Notes: generated by a model not told the origin, from the letters alone. Positions 1 to 13,018 are shown, counted from the stretch's first letter. The stretch is DNA of 64,000 nucleotides from Felis catus (GCF_018350175.1 NC_058369.1:7380001-7444000); one strand, 5' to 3'. Numbers and translations: made by a program.

Positions 1-1806
1 GGATTCTCGCTCTCTCCTTCTCTCTCTGTCCCTATCCTGCGCTCTTTCTCTCAAAATAACTAAACTAAAAAAAAAAAAAAAAAAAAAAGAACAAAATAGA
101 TTTTTAAAAAAGAACAAAATAAACCAATACATTAAAAAAAAAAAAAAAAGAGGGGCCAAGATGGTGGAAGGGCATGCAAGTTTTTTTTGCACCTCTCCTC
201 CCTGAAATGCAGCCAGGTCAACACTAAAACCATCCTGCACACCTAGAAAACTGACTTGAGGATTAACACAACCTGAACCACAGAACTCAACAGGTACACA
301 GAGCAGAGAGGTGAACTGGGGGGAGAGAGAAGCCACAGACGGCAGGGAGCTGTTTTTGCTCGTGGAGAGAGGACAGACATGGGAGGAGAGTATGGGAACC
401 CACCCCCATGCCCGAAAAGAGCAGATGAGAAAAGAAAGAGTACACAAGGGACTGAACAAAAAAGGGAGATAGGAGAAAGCAGAGGGTTTAAATTCCATTA
501 ACACTCTATAAATAGGGGGAGCAAAGAGTCTGAAACTCCAGCTCATTACCTGGCAGTGCTCTGGTAGGAAGGGCGAATCCCCAGGAGTGGAGTGGAGTCC
601 AGGAGATTCTTGGGCCACATGAGGAGGGGCAGTTCCCCTGGTGGGAGGACATTTAGTAGAGGCTGTGTGGCCACCCCACAGGCAAAGGTCCTAGCAGGCC
701 CTGGAGAACAACCACATTTGCTGGTGTTGGAAAAAGGACATTAAGGGGGAAACCTGGTGCCACATGTGTGTTGTAATTTACCATAATCCCCGAAATGCTG
801 CTGCTACATGATTGTGTGAACTTTTTCTGGGGCAGACTGGCACCCAGCTGCAGTCTCTGGGCATTGGCAGCAGCATGGTCCTGTGAACGTTCCTGGGGGC
901 AGCTGTGCACTGGCCATTCCTCAGTGAGACCCTCCCCCAGAAGGTCTGAGCAGGTCAAAGCCACAGTCCCTCAGAAGTGAGGGGCTGGGAAACACAGCCC
1001 CATATGAGATAAAACTCAGGACGGAGGTGCCACCTGGCAGCCTGATGGATTGGTCAAGGACAGTGTAAAAGCAGGAATTGGACAGAAGCCAGAGACAAAG
1101 AAAGGGTGAGTGATTGCCGGTCGGGAAAGCACAGAATTCTGATAGTGGAGACTGGGTAGCTGGGCGACGCCACTTTCACCCCCTCCTGTTCATGCGCCAT
1201 TTTCACCCCTCCTGTGGTGCATGCACCACAACAATCCACCCCAGTAAGCTAAGCAGTGCCATCTAATGGAGAACGGAGCCATTACACTAAGCCCCGCCCA
1301 TCTGGGCCAACCTTGCTCTTCAGGAACACCACAAGTCTCTCCTGCTTAGTTTATGGACTATAAAGGGCTTCATAGTTTGACTTCTAGGGGAAACCAATGT
1401 AATTTCAATCCTATTTGTCTGTTTGCTGGTCCATCTAGTCAGTTTTTTTAATTTTTCTTTTCTTATTCTTGAATACAGAAAGAGAAAAAATGTATTTTTA
1501 TTTTCCATTATTAAAAATGTTTTTTTTCTAATATATTTTTTACTTTTTTGTAAATTTTTCAAATTCATTTTACTTCATTTCATTTTATTCTATTTCGTTG
1601 TATTCATTTTTTTCAAATTTTCAAACATTTTCCTCTTTTTTCCTTTCTTTTCTTATCCTTCCCTTTTTTCTCTAATCTATCAAGCTCCTTTCAACAACCA
1701 GACCAAAACACACCTAGGATCTAGCATCCTTTGATTTTTTTTGTGTTGCTTTTAATTTTTTAATTTTAATTTGTTTTACCTTATTAATTCTTTTCATTCC
1801 TTCAAA

Positions 1807-2680
1807 ATGATAAAACGAAGGAATTCACCCAAAAAGAAAGAACAGGAAGAAATGACAGTCAGGGAATTAACCAACACAGATACATGCAAGATGTCTGAAC
1901 CAGAATTTAGAATAGTGATAATAAGAATACTAGCTGGGGTTGAAAATAGATGAGAATCCCTTTCTGAGGAGATAAAAGAAGTAAAAAGCTAGTCAGGATG
2001 AAATAAAAAATGCTATAACTGAGCTGCAATCTCAAAGGGATGCCACGGTGGCAAGGATGGATGAGGTAGAACAGTGAATCAGAGATATAGAGGACAAACT
2101 TATGGAGAACAATGAAGCAGGAAAAAAAGGCGAGACTAAGGCAAAAGAGCACAATTTAAGAATTAGAGAAATCAGTGACTTATTAAAAAGGAACAACATC
2201 AGAATCATAAGGGTCCCAGAGATGAAGAGAGAGAAAAAGGGGTTGAAGGGTTATGTGAGCAAATCATAGCAGAAAACTTTCCTAACCTGGGGAAAGACAC
2301 AGACATCAAAATCCAGGAAGCACAGAGGACTCCCATTAGATTCAACAAAAACACCATCAAAAAGGCATATCTAGTCAAACCTACAAAATACTCAGGCAAG
2401 GAAAGACTCATGAAAGCAGCAAGGGAAAAAAAGTCCTTAACCTACAAGGGAAGACAGATCAGGTTTGCAGCAGACCTACACACAGAAACTGGGCAGGCTA
2501 GGAAAGAATGGCAGGATATATTCAATGTGTTGAATCAGAAAAATATGCAGGCAAGAATTGTTTATCCAGCAAGGCTGTCATTCAAAATAGCAGGAGACAA
2601 AGTTTCCCAAACAAAAATTAAAGGAGTTCGTGACCACTAAACCAGCCCTGCAAGAAATTTTAAGGGGGACTCTCTGAGGG
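1807..2680 (+). pseudogene. L1 ORF1p remnant
   Basis: ATG at 1807 and premature TGA at 1951-1953. A later fragment (ORF 2410..2640) matches the ORF1p C-terminal region. Confidence 0.85.
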
Positions 2681-2707
2681 GAGAAAAGACAAAAAAAAAA
2701 AAAAAAA

Positions 2708-2749
<42 letters not shown>

Positions 2750-2810
2750 AAGCAACAAAGACTAGAAAGGACCAGAGAACACCATCAGAAACTCCAACTC
2801 TACAGACAAC

Positions 2811-5800
2811 ATAATAGCAATAGATTCACATTTTTCAGTACTCACTCTAAACGTCAATGGACTAACTGCTCCAATCAAAAGACACAGGGTAACAGAATGG
2901 ATAAGAAAACAAGATCCATCTATATGCTATTTACAAGAGACCCACTTTAGACCTAAAGACACCTTCAGATTAAAAGTAAGGGATGGAGAGCCATATATCA
3001 TGCTAATGGTTGCCAAAAGAAAGCTGGAGTAGCCATACTTATATCAGATGATGTAGACTTTAAAATAAAGAGTTGTAACAAGAGATGAAGAAGGGCGTTA
3101 TATCATAATTAAGGGGTCTATCCAACAAGAGGATCTAACAATGTAAACATTTTGGAAGCACCCAAATACATAGATCAATTAATCACAATCATAAAGAAAC
3201 TCATTGATAATACCATAATAGTAGGGAAATTCAACACCCCAGTTACAGTAACAGATATCTAAACAGAAAATCAAAAAGGAAACAATGGCTTTGAATGACA
3301 CACTGGACTGGATGGACTTACAGATATATTCAGAACATTTCATCCTAAAGCAGCGGAATTCACATTCTTCTCCAGGGCACATGGAACTTTCTCCAGAAGA
3401 GATCACATACTGGGACACAAACCAGCCCTCAAAAAGTACAAAAAGATCGAGACATATCATGCATATTTTCAGAACACAAGGCTGTGAAACTCGAAATCAA
3501 CCACAAGAAAAAATGTGGAAAGATAAATACTTGGAGACTAAAGAACATTCTACTAAAGAATGAATGGGCTAACCAGGAAATTAAAGAGGAAATTAAAAAA
3601 TACATGGAGGCCAATGAAAGTGATAACACCACAGCCCAAAACCTCTGGGACGCAACAAAGGCAGTCATAAGAGAGAAGTATAAAATAGCAATCCAGGCCT
3701 TCCTAAAAAAGGAAGAAAGGTCTCAGATATACAACCTAACCTTACACCTCAAAGAACTGGAAAAACAACAGCAAATAAAACCCAAAACCAGAAGAAGATA
3801 GTTAATAATAAAGATTAGAGCTGAAATCAATGCTATCAAAACCAAAAAACAGTAGAATAGATCAATGAAACCAGAGCTGGTTCTTTGAAAGAATTAACAA
3901 AATTGATAAACCCTTAGCCAATTTGATCCAAAAGAAAAAGTAAAGGGCCCAAATAAATAAAATCAAGAATGAAAGGGAGAGATCACAACCAACACAGCAG
4001 AAATAAAAACAATAATAAGAGAATATTGTGCGCAATTATACACCAATAAAACGGGCAACCTGGAAGAAATAGAGAAATCCTAGAAACATATAAACTACCA
4101 AAACTGAAAGAGGAAGAAATAGAAAATTTGAACAGACTCGTAAATAGTAAAGAAATCGAATTAGTAATCAAAAATCTCCCAAAAAACAAGAGTCCAAGGC
4201 CAGATGGCTTTCCAGGGGATTTCTACCAAACATTTAAGGAAGAGTTAACACCTATTCTCTTGAAGCTGTTCCAAAAAATAGAAATGGAAGGAAAACTTCC
4301 AAACTCTTTCTATGAAGCCAGCATTACCTTGATTCCAAAACCAGACAAAGACCCAACTAAAAAGGAGAACTATAGACCAATTTCCCTGAACAGGATGCAA
4401 AATTCCTCAACAAGGTATTAGCCAACTGGATCCAACAATACATTAAAAAAATTATTCACCACAACCAAATGGGATTTATACCTGGGATTCAGGTTCAATA
4501 TCCACAAAACAATCAATGTGATTCATCACATCAATAAAAGTAAGGACAAGAACCACATGACCCTCTCAATAGATGCAGACAAAGCATTTGACCAAATACA
4601 GCATTCTTTCTTGATAAAATCCCTCAAAGTAGGGATAGAAGGATCATACCTTGAGATCATAAACCATATATGAAAGACCCAAAGCTAATATCCTCAATGG
4701 GGAAAATCTAAGAGCTTTACCCCTAAGGTCAGGAACAAGATAGGGATGTCCACTCTTGCCACTGTTATCAACATAGTATTGCAAGTCTTAGCCTCAGTAA
4801 TCAGACAACACAAAGAAATAAAAGGCATCCAGATCGGCCAGGAGGAGGTCAAACTTTTCACTCTTTGAGGGTGACATGATACTCCATATGGAAAGCCCAA
4901 AAGATTCCACCAAAAACCTGCTGAAACTGATCCATGAATTCAGCAAAGTCGCAGGATATAAAATCAATGCACAGAAATCGGTTGCATTTCTATACACCAA
5001 CAATGAAGCAACAGAAAGAGAAATCAAGGAATCGATCCCATTTACAATTGCAGCAAAAGCCATAAAATACCTAGGAATAAATCTAACCAAAGAGGTGAAA
5101 AATGTATACCCTGAAAACTATAGAAAGCTTATGACAGAAATTGAAGAAAATACACACAAAATGGAAAAATATTCCATGCTCCTGGATGGAAAGACCAAAT
5201 ATTGTTAAAATGCTGACGTGACCCAAAGCAATCTACATATTCAATGCAATACCTATTAAAATAACACCAGAATTCTTCACAGAGCTAGAACAAACAATCC
5301 TAAACTTTGTAGGGAACCCATACCCATATCCTTTGTGTGGAACTTTGTAAAGACCCCCAAATAGCCAAAGCAATCCTGAAAAGGAAACCCAAAGCTGGAG
5401 GCATCACAATCCTGGACTTCAAGCTGTATTACAAAGCTGTAATCATGAAGACAGTATGGTACTGGCACAAAAACAGACACTCAGATCAATGGGACAGAAT
5501 AAAGAACCCAGAAATGGACCCACAAACATATGGCCAACTAATCTTTGACAGAGCAGAAAACAATATCCAATGGAATAAAGACAGCGTCTTTGGCAAATGG
5601 TGCTGGGAAAACTGGACAGCGACATGCAGAAGAATGAACCTGGACCACTTTCTTACACCATACACAAAAATAAACTCAAAATGGATGAAAGACCTAAATG
5701 GAAGACAGGAAGGCATCAAATCCGAGAGGAGAAAGCAGGTAAAAGTGTCTTCAACCTCGGCCGCAGCAACTTCTTACTCGACACCTCTCCGGAAGCAAGG

Positions 5801-6600
5801 GAAACAAAAGCAAAAATGAACTATTGGGACTGCATCAAAATAAAAAGCTTCTGCACAGCAAAGGAAACAATCAGCAAAACTAAAAGGCAACCGATGGAAT
5901 GGGAGAAGATATTTGCAAATGACATATCAGACAAAGGGTTAGCATCCAAAATCCATAAAGAACTTCTCAAACTCAACACCCAAAAAACAACTAACCCAGT
6001 GAAGAAATGGGCAAAAGACATGAAGAGACACTTCTCCAAAGAAGACATCCAGAGGGCCAACCGACACATGAAAAGATGTTCAGCGTCACTCATCATCAGG
6101 GAAATACACATCAAAACCACAGTGAGATACCACCTCACACCTGTCAGAATGGCTAACATTAACAACTCGGGCAACAACAGATGTTGGCGAGGATGTGGAG
6201 AAAGAGGATCTCCTTTGCATTGCTGGTGGGAATGCAGGCTGGTGCAGCCACTCTAGAAAACAGTCTGAAGGTTCCTCAAAAAATGAAAAATAGAACTACC
6301 TTATGACCCAGCCATTGCACTACTAGGTATTTATCTAAGGGATACAGGTATGCTGTTTCGAAGGGACACATGCACCCCAGTGTTTATAGCAGCACTATCA
6401 ACAATAGCCAAAGTATGGAAAGAGCTCAAATGTCCATTGATGGATGAATGGATGAAGATGTGGTATACGCACACACACACACACGCACATGAACACAATG
6501 GAGTATTACTTGGCAATCAAAAAGAATGAAATCTTGCCATTTGCAACTATGTGGATGGAACTAGAGGGTATTATGCTAAGCAAAATTAGTCAGAGAAAGA
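2811..6600 (+). pseudogene. L1 ORF2p remnant (endonuclease, reverse transcriptase, C-terminal cysteine-rich region)
   Basis: Endonuclease start motif (TLNVNGL) near 2840. Fragments 3484..3801, 4128..4421, 4876..5208, 5337..5819 and 5597..6256. The RT catalytic FADD reads FEGD at ~4864-4875. Confidence 0.9.
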
Positions 6601-6986
6601 CAAATATCATAGGACTTCACTCATGAGGACTAAAGATACAAAACAGATGAACATAAGGGAAGGGAAGCAAGAATAACGTAAAAACAGGGAGGGGGCCAAA
6701 ACATAAGAGACTCTTAAATATAGAGAACAAACACAGGGTTGCTGGAGGGGTTGTGGGAGGAGGGTTGGGCTAAATGGGTAAGGGGCATTAAGGAATCTAC
6801 TCCTGAAATCACTGTTGCACTATATGCTAACTAATTTGGATGTAAATTTAAAAATAAATAAATTATTTTTTAAAAAGGGGGGGGGGTTCCTGGCTGGCTC
6901 AGTTGGTAGAACATGCAACTCTTGACCTCTGGGTTGTGAGTTCAAGCCCCATGCTAGGTGCAGAGATTACTTAAATAAACTCTTAA

Positions 6987-7205
6987 GGGGCGTCTGGGTG
7001 GATCAGTCGGTCAAGCATCCGACTTCAGCTCAGGTCATGATCTCACTGCTTGTTGAGTTCGAGCCCCTCATCAGGCCTTGTGCTGACAGCTCGAAGTCTG
7101 GAGCCTGCTTCAGATTCTATCTCTGTCTCTCTTTCCTCCCCTGCTCACTCTCTGTCTCCGTCTCTCTCTCAAATAAAAAATAATAAAACATAAAAAAAAA
7201 AAAAC
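6987..7205 (+). mobile_element. CanSINE (tRNA-derived carnivore SINE)
   Basis: GGGGCGTCTGGGTGG...TCAGGTCATGATCTC...GAGTTCGAGCCCC head, (CT)n linker, A-rich tail. Confidence 0.9.
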
Positions 7206-7902
7206 TCTTAAAAACAGACAAAAACAAAGAGCCAGGCCCATGTAGCTTTTTTTCATAGACTGTAGACTGACTCCAAACATGAGAAGTCAATGTGACAGGA
7301 AAGAATGCCCCAACAGTTAAAGACATACTTTTAAGGATTTCAGCAATATGAACAATTTGACAATGACAGAAACAAGGTATGGAAATGCTAAGAAATAATT
7401 TGGCAGGAAAGAGAGGGCTCCTAACAGTCTGGTAGAGGGCACTATGGGGCAAGCCAAGCTTGGGGAAAGTAGACAAATGGACAAATTGGTAGGCCTGTGT
7501 TCCAATAAAACTTTATTTACAAAAGTGGAAATGTTCTGAAGAAAGGAAGCAGGGCAGAGTTTTCTCTAGAAGCCATAGAAAGTGGAGGGGAAAAGGGAGG
7601 AGAGGAAGGGAAGCCAAAGCCTCAAGACGAAACTCATCCCAAGTGGCCTGAGATGATTTATGACAAGATAACATTAAAAAAAATTTTTTTAATGTTTATT
7701 TTTGAGAGAGAGACAGAGAAAGAGCAGGGGAGGGGCAGGAGAGGGAGACACAGAATCTGAAGCAGACTCCAGCTCTGAGCTGTCAGCACAGAGCCCAACC
7801 CGGGGCACAAACTCACAGACCGCGAGATCATGACCTGAGCCAAAGTCGGACGCTTAACTGTCTGAGCCACCCAGGAGTCCCCAAACAAGAGAATATTTTA
7901 GA

Positions 7903-8050
7903 TGACATTGTAATAGTGGTGTATGGTGACAGATGGTAGCTACACTTGTGGTGAACACAGTATAACATATAAACTTGCTGTCCAATAACTGTGTTGTACG
8001 CCTGAAACTAATGTAACGCTGTGTGTCAACTATACTTCAATTAAAAAAAA
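7903..8050 (+). mobile_element. Short 5'-truncated L1 3'-end fragment
   Basis: ...CCTGAAACTAATGTAACGCTGTGTGTCAACTATACTTCAATTAAAAAAAA is a typical L1 3' terminus. ATGACATT occurs on both sides (possible TSD). Confidence 0.7.
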
Positions 8051-8102
8051 TCATGACATTTTAGAAATTTCCTAAATAGAGTTCCTTTTGCCTGAGGCTC
8101 AC

Positions 8103-8192
8103 CTGAACGGGTTTCTTGGACAATTAGAACTCTCCTCTTCTTGGTCCTCAGCTCCTTATGGGTGAGCAGGTTGGGTTTATGGAAATGATACC
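8103..8192 (-). pseudogene. KRAB-B-like exon of a degenerate KRAB zinc-finger gene
   Basis: Minus strand: pyrimidine tract tctttctctgtgtacag, then a 90-nt exon translating (G)YHFHKPNLLTHKELRTKKRRVLIVQETRS, then a gtgag donor. Resembles the KRAB-B consensus GYQxxKPxLIxxLEQ. Confidence 0.7.
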
Positions 8193-8484
8193 CTGTACAC
8201 AGAGAAAGACACATCAGGCGGAACGTGCAGGGTGAAAAGGCAACCTCCCCTCAGAGTGGGACCACCACTTTCAGAGGACGGGCATGTGTGGCCCCATGGG
8301 CAGTGATGATGGTACCCAGGACCCAAACAAACTACCTCACGTCGTGCCCTGGAGGGACTGGGGATCCTCAGACCCGAGCTCAGAGCCACACCAAAGCTTC
8401 TAAACATGAAAAAAATAAGGTTGGCGTAAGAAATGAATCTCCATTCTCAAGGGGAAGATGCTAGAGTATGGACTAGTGACTAGA

Positions 8485-8685
8485 CCCCAGGGGTTAGCCA
8501 CCTGCTTTTGTAAAGATAGTTTCACTGGAACATGGCTCTGCCTGTTTGTGTACATTCCGCACTACACTGGCCACTACATTGGTAGCATTGCATCATTGTG
8601 TGTAGCTACAACAGAAACACTATGGCCCACTACGCTGAAAATATTTCCTCTCTGGCCTTTTAAGGAAAAGTGTGGCCACTCCTGC
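8485..8685 (+). mobile_element. MER58-like hAT DNA transposon fragment
   Basis: CAGGGGTTAGC... start, TTTTGTAAA(G)ATAGTTTCACTGGAACA and ATGGCCCAC...CTGAAAATATTT...CTGGCCTTTTAAGGAAAAG, resembling MER58 as recalled. Confidence 0.55.
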
Positions 8686-8822
8686 TGTACCCTGTCACTC
8701 CTCAAGAGTGGGCCACATCTCCCTCTTCACTACTCTTTTCCCAAGACCAAGAATAGTTCCTGGAATGTAACAGGTGCTGAAGAAATATTTGCAGCAGAAA
8801 CCTATGAATGAAGAGATTAGGC

Positions 8823-8949
8823 TGACTGAGGCCAGGCTCCTATAGTTGTCCAACATCATGTCTCTATGCAAGATTTTCTGAGCAGGGTCCAGTGGTGCCC
8901 ACTCCTCCTTGGGGAAGTCCACTGCTACTTCCACAAAGGTCGCTGAATC
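8823..8949 (-). pseudogene. KRAB-A exon, degenerate
   Basis: Acceptor tgtttcag, then DSATFVEVAVDFPKEEWAPLDPAQKILHRDMMLDNYRSLASV. At the canonical 127-nt boundary the donor reads GCCTAA instead of GT. Confidence 0.85.
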
Positions 8950-9806
8950 CTGAAACATCACACACATTTGGGCTCAGCCAAGGCCCATCTCTATCAGTGT
9001 CCCAGGAAGGTGGGGTGTGAGGAGGATGGCCCCAGAAGACCAAGGAATGGGACATTCAGATGGGGCAGGGGCAATTCCTCACCTCTCGTCTCTCTCCACT
9101 CGCATATCCTCAGCAATCTCATCTGGCCTCATTGATTTATTAGCTCTTCAACAAGGGGTTGAACTTTTCTCTGTGCAACTAGTCTGTGATCTCATCCAGC
9201 CTGGGTCCCCTAGGCGAGACACCACACAGCCCTGAGCCTATGGAGGCCTGGGACAAATACTCAGTAAACGAATGAATTATGTCTCCATGAATTCCTGAGA
9301 CAAAGTCAGCACATAGCCTTTCCTTGGTTTTCTGCCATAGCTCTGAAGCTCTGAAGTGACTATTGAGCTAGTATGAACGGGCGCTGAAAAACATTCACAA
9401 ATACTGAGCGTTCTCTGGGAAGTCCCTTAGCCACCACCATTCATTAGAGGCTAATGGTCCTGAGGAGTATGAAGACAAGTCCTGGTCAGGTTGGAAGGCT
9501 CCAGGCCACAAAAGGAGACACAGCCAAACTCAGGGAAGGAGATGTCACATTGGAATGAGGGGAATTTTTTATGTTTATTTACTTATTTTGAGAGAGAGAG
9601 AGAGAGAGAGAATGTGTGTGTGCATGAGCAGGGGAGGGGCAGGGAGAGGAAGAGAGAGAATCCCAACAGGCTCTGTGCTGTCAGCGCAAGCCTGAAATGG
9701 GGATCAAACTCAAGACCATGAATCATGAGCCAAAATCAAGACTTGGCCGCTTAACTGACTGAGCCACCCAAGCACTCCAAGGAGGATTTTGATTTAATAT
9801 GATTAC

Positions 9807-9839
9807 CTATGACCAGGTTGTCAGCAACCCTGGAGCCAT
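9807..9839 (-). pseudogene. Pre-KRAB initiator exon of the KRAB-ZNF, with a nonsense codon
   Basis: ATG GCT CCA GGG TTG CTG ACA ACC TGG TCA TAG|gtaatc gives MAPGLLTTWS*. The family pattern is MAxGxLTxWSQ|gt, so the terminal CAG appears mutated to TAG. Confidence 0.7.
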
Positions 9840-10619
9840 CACTTCAGCCTCCACATTTCCTTCCTGGAGACAGGTGGACTTGAGAGGACAAAAGGATGTG
9901 AGAAGCTGGCCATGCCCTAGACTCCAGCTAGCACCTGCCTGGAGGCTGTATCACATGACCCATGACCTCACACACAAACAAAGCAAATGCCTGCAGGCAC
10001 ACGGGTTTCCTAAGAGGCCATGGCAATCCTGTCTCTCACAACCAGGAAAGAGGCCTGGGGGCCTTGCTGTCCATGAGGAAGGCTTGCAACCTCCTGTGAT
10101 GTTGAGGGTACTCAAGTTCAGAGAAGTTTACCAAGTCAATTGCCCAAGTTAATAAAAAGAATACAAGGTATAATGTAGTTCTATACCTCAAACATCTCAA
10201 ACCCTAAAGGCCCCAACCCTAATGCAGGCAGACTGGGGGCTCCTGGGGCTCCACTCCCACCTTGTCCTGACCTTTGGAAGCCCTGGAGGAAAAGGGTCTC
10301 AGGAAAATGAAAGTGGGGGGGGGGGCAAAGGGGGGGGGCGGTGGTGATCTAGCTCCATGCAGATGCTCAACAGGGAGGAAAGCCCGTGCAGGTGTGGCTG
10401 GAGCTTGTGACCTGGGTGTCTAGAGAGGAGAGTGATGGGAGAGGGTGGCAGAGGGGCCAGGAGCCTGGTCAAGATCAGGGCAAACAAGCCTAGATCCAAT
10501 CTGGATTTATACCTTGTGACTGGCAGGCTAGCAGGAGTTTTGTAAGAATTTTCTATTCCTATTTATATTTTTAAAGAACATACTAGCAAGGGGGACAAAC
10601 TATATGAGACTTTTTTGAA

Positions 10620-12800
10620 ATTTATTGTTATTATTATTACTATTTTTTTTTTTGTAATTTACATTCAAGTTAGTTAGCATATAGCACAACGATTTCAGGA
10701 GTAGATTCCTTAATGCCCCTTACCTATTTAGCCCATCCCCCTCTCACAACCCCTCCAGCAACCCTCTGTTTGCTCTCCATATTTAAGTCTCTTATGTTTT
10801 GGCCCCCTCCCTGTTTTTACGTTATTCTTGCTTCCTTTCCCTTATGTTCACCTGTTTTGTATCTTTGAGTCCTCATGATGAAGTCCTATGATATTTGTCT
10901 TTCTCTAATTTTGCTTAGCATAATACCCTCTAGTTCCATCCACATAGTTGCAAATGGCAAGATTTCATTCTTTTTGATTGCCAAGTAATACTCCATTGTA
11001 TATATATATACCACATCTTCTTTATCCATTCATCCATCGATGAACATTTGGGCTCTTTCCATACTTTGGCTATTGTTGATAGTGCTGCTATAAACACTGG
11101 GGTGCATGTGTCCCTTCGAAACAGCATACCTGTATCCCTTAGATAAATACCTAGTAGTGCAATGGCTGGGTCATAAGGTAGTTCTATTTTTCATTTTTTG
11201 AGGAACCTTCAGACTGTTTTCTAGAGTGGCTGCACCAGCCTGCATTCCCACCAGCAATGCAAAGGAGATCCTCTTTCTCCACATCCTCGCCAACATCTGT
11301 TGTTGCCCGAGTTGTTAATGTTAGCCATTCTGACAGGTGTGAGGTGGTATCTCACTGTGGTTTTGATGTGTATTTCCCTGATGATGAGTGACGCTGAACA
11401 TCTTTTCACGTGTCGGTTGGCCCTCTGGATGTCTTCTTTGGAGAAGTGTCTCTTCATGTCTTTTGCCCATTTCTTCACTGGGTTAGTTGTTTTTTGGGTG
11501 TTGAGTTTGAGAAGTTCTTTATGGATTTTGGATGCTAACCCTTTGTCTGATATGTCATTTGCAAATATCTTCTCCCATTCTGTTGGTTGCCTTTTAGTTT
11601 TGCTGATTGTTTCCTTTGCTGTGCAGAAGCTTTTTATTTTGATGCAGTCCCAATAGTTCATTTTTGCTTTTGTTTCCCTTGCTTCCGGAGAGGTGTCGAG
11701 TAAGAAGTTGCTGCGGCCGAGGTTGAAGACACTTTTACCTGCTTTCTCCTCTCGGATTTGATGCCTTCCTGTCTTCCATTTAGGTCTTTCATCCATTTTG
11801 AGTTTATTTTTGTGTATGGTGTAAGAAAGTGGTCCAGGTTCATTCTTATGCATGTCGCTGTCCAGTTTTCCCAGCACCATTTGCCGAAGAGACTGTCTTT
11901 ATTCCATTGGATATTGTTTTCTGCTCTGTCAAAGATTAGTTGGCCATATGTTTGTGGGTCCATTTCTGGGTTCTTTATTCTGTCCCATTGATCTGAGTGT
12001 CTGTTTTTGTGCCAGTACCATACTGTCTTCATGATTACTGCTTTGTAATACAGCTTGAAGTCCAGGATTGTGATGCCTCCAGCTTTGGGTTTCCTTTTCA
12101 GGATTGCTTTGGCTATTTGGGGGTCTTTACAAAGTTCCACACAAAGGATATGGGTATGGGTTCCCTACAAAGTTTAGGATTGTTTGTTCTAGCTCTGTGA
12201 AGAATGCTGGTGTTATTTTAATAGGTATTGCATTGAATATGTAGATTGCTTTGGGTCATATCGGCATTTTAACAATATTTGGTCTTCCCATCCAGGAGCA
12301 TGGAATATTTTTCCATTTTGTGTGTATTTTCTTCAATTTCTGTCATAAGCTTTCTATAGTTTTCAGGGTATACATTTTTCACCTCTTTGGTTAGATTTAT
12401 TCCTAGGTATTTTATGGCTTTTGCTGCAATTGTAAATGGGATCGATTCCTTGATTTCTCTTTCTGTTGCTTCATTGTTGGTATATAGAAATGCAACCGAT
12501 TTCTGTGCATTGATTTTATATCCTGCGACTTTGCTGAATTCATGGATCAGTTTCAGCAGGTTTTTGGTGGAATCTTTTGGGCTTTCCATATGGAGTATCA
12601 TGTCACCTTCAAAGAGTGAAAGTTTGACCTCCTCCTGGCCGATCTGGATGCCTTTTATTTCTTTGTGTTGTCTGATTGCTGAGGCTAAGACTTCCAATAC
12701 TGTGTTGAATAACAGTGGTGAGAGTGGACAACCCTGTCTTGTTCCTGACCTTAGGGGGAAAGCTCTCAGTTTTTCCCCATTGAGGATGATATTAGCATTG
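10620..12800 (-). mobile_element. 5'-truncated L1 (3' ~2.2 kb), inverted relative to the L1 at 150-6875
   Basis: Minus ORFs 11221..11880, 11658..12140 and 12269..12697 mirror plus ORFs 5597..6256, 5337..5819 and 4876..5208 almost residue for residue. T-rich tail at ~10620-10655. Confidence 0.95.
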
Positions 12801-13018
12801 TTTTTTTTTATGTTTTTATTTTACTTTTTTATGTTTTTATTTTACTTTTGAGTGCGAGTGTGGGAGGGACAGAGAGAGAGGGAGACACAGAATCCAAAGC
12901 AGGCCCCAGGCTCTGAGCGGTCAGCACAGAGCCTGACGAGGGGCTCGAACTCACAGACTGAGATCATGACCTGAGCCGAAGTGGGACGCTTAACCAACTG
13001 AGCCACCCACGTGCCCCA
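12801..13018 (-). mobile_element. CanSINE
   Basis: Reverse-complement SINE ending ...ACTGAGCCACCCACGTGCCCC, with a T-rich tail on the left. Confidence 0.9.

Larger units (their letters stand above)
150..6875 (+). mobile_element. Full-length decayed LINE-1 (carnivore L1): ~1.65 kb 5'UTR, disrupted ORF1 and ORF2, 3'UTR and A-rich tail
   Basis: Begins GAGGGGCCAAGATGG (typical L1 5' end). ORF fragments match L1 ORF1p (MIKRRNSPKKKEQEE..., KAAREKKSLTYKGRQIRFAADL) and ORF2p ([42 protein letters not shown]). Many stops and frameshifts. Confidence 0.95.

Noticed and set aside
1320..1734. Hydrophobic membrane-protein-like ORF
   Set aside because: T-rich tract of the L1 5'UTR.
6987..7080. tRNA genes
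   Set aside because: The A/B-box-like heads belong to tRNA-derived CanSINEs and are followed by SINE body, (CT)n and poly(A).
9083..9209. Possible extra minus-strand exon (ag...gtgagg) between the initiator and KRAB-A exons
   Set aside because: Splice-like ends are present but there is no family similarity, so it cannot be supported without transcript data.
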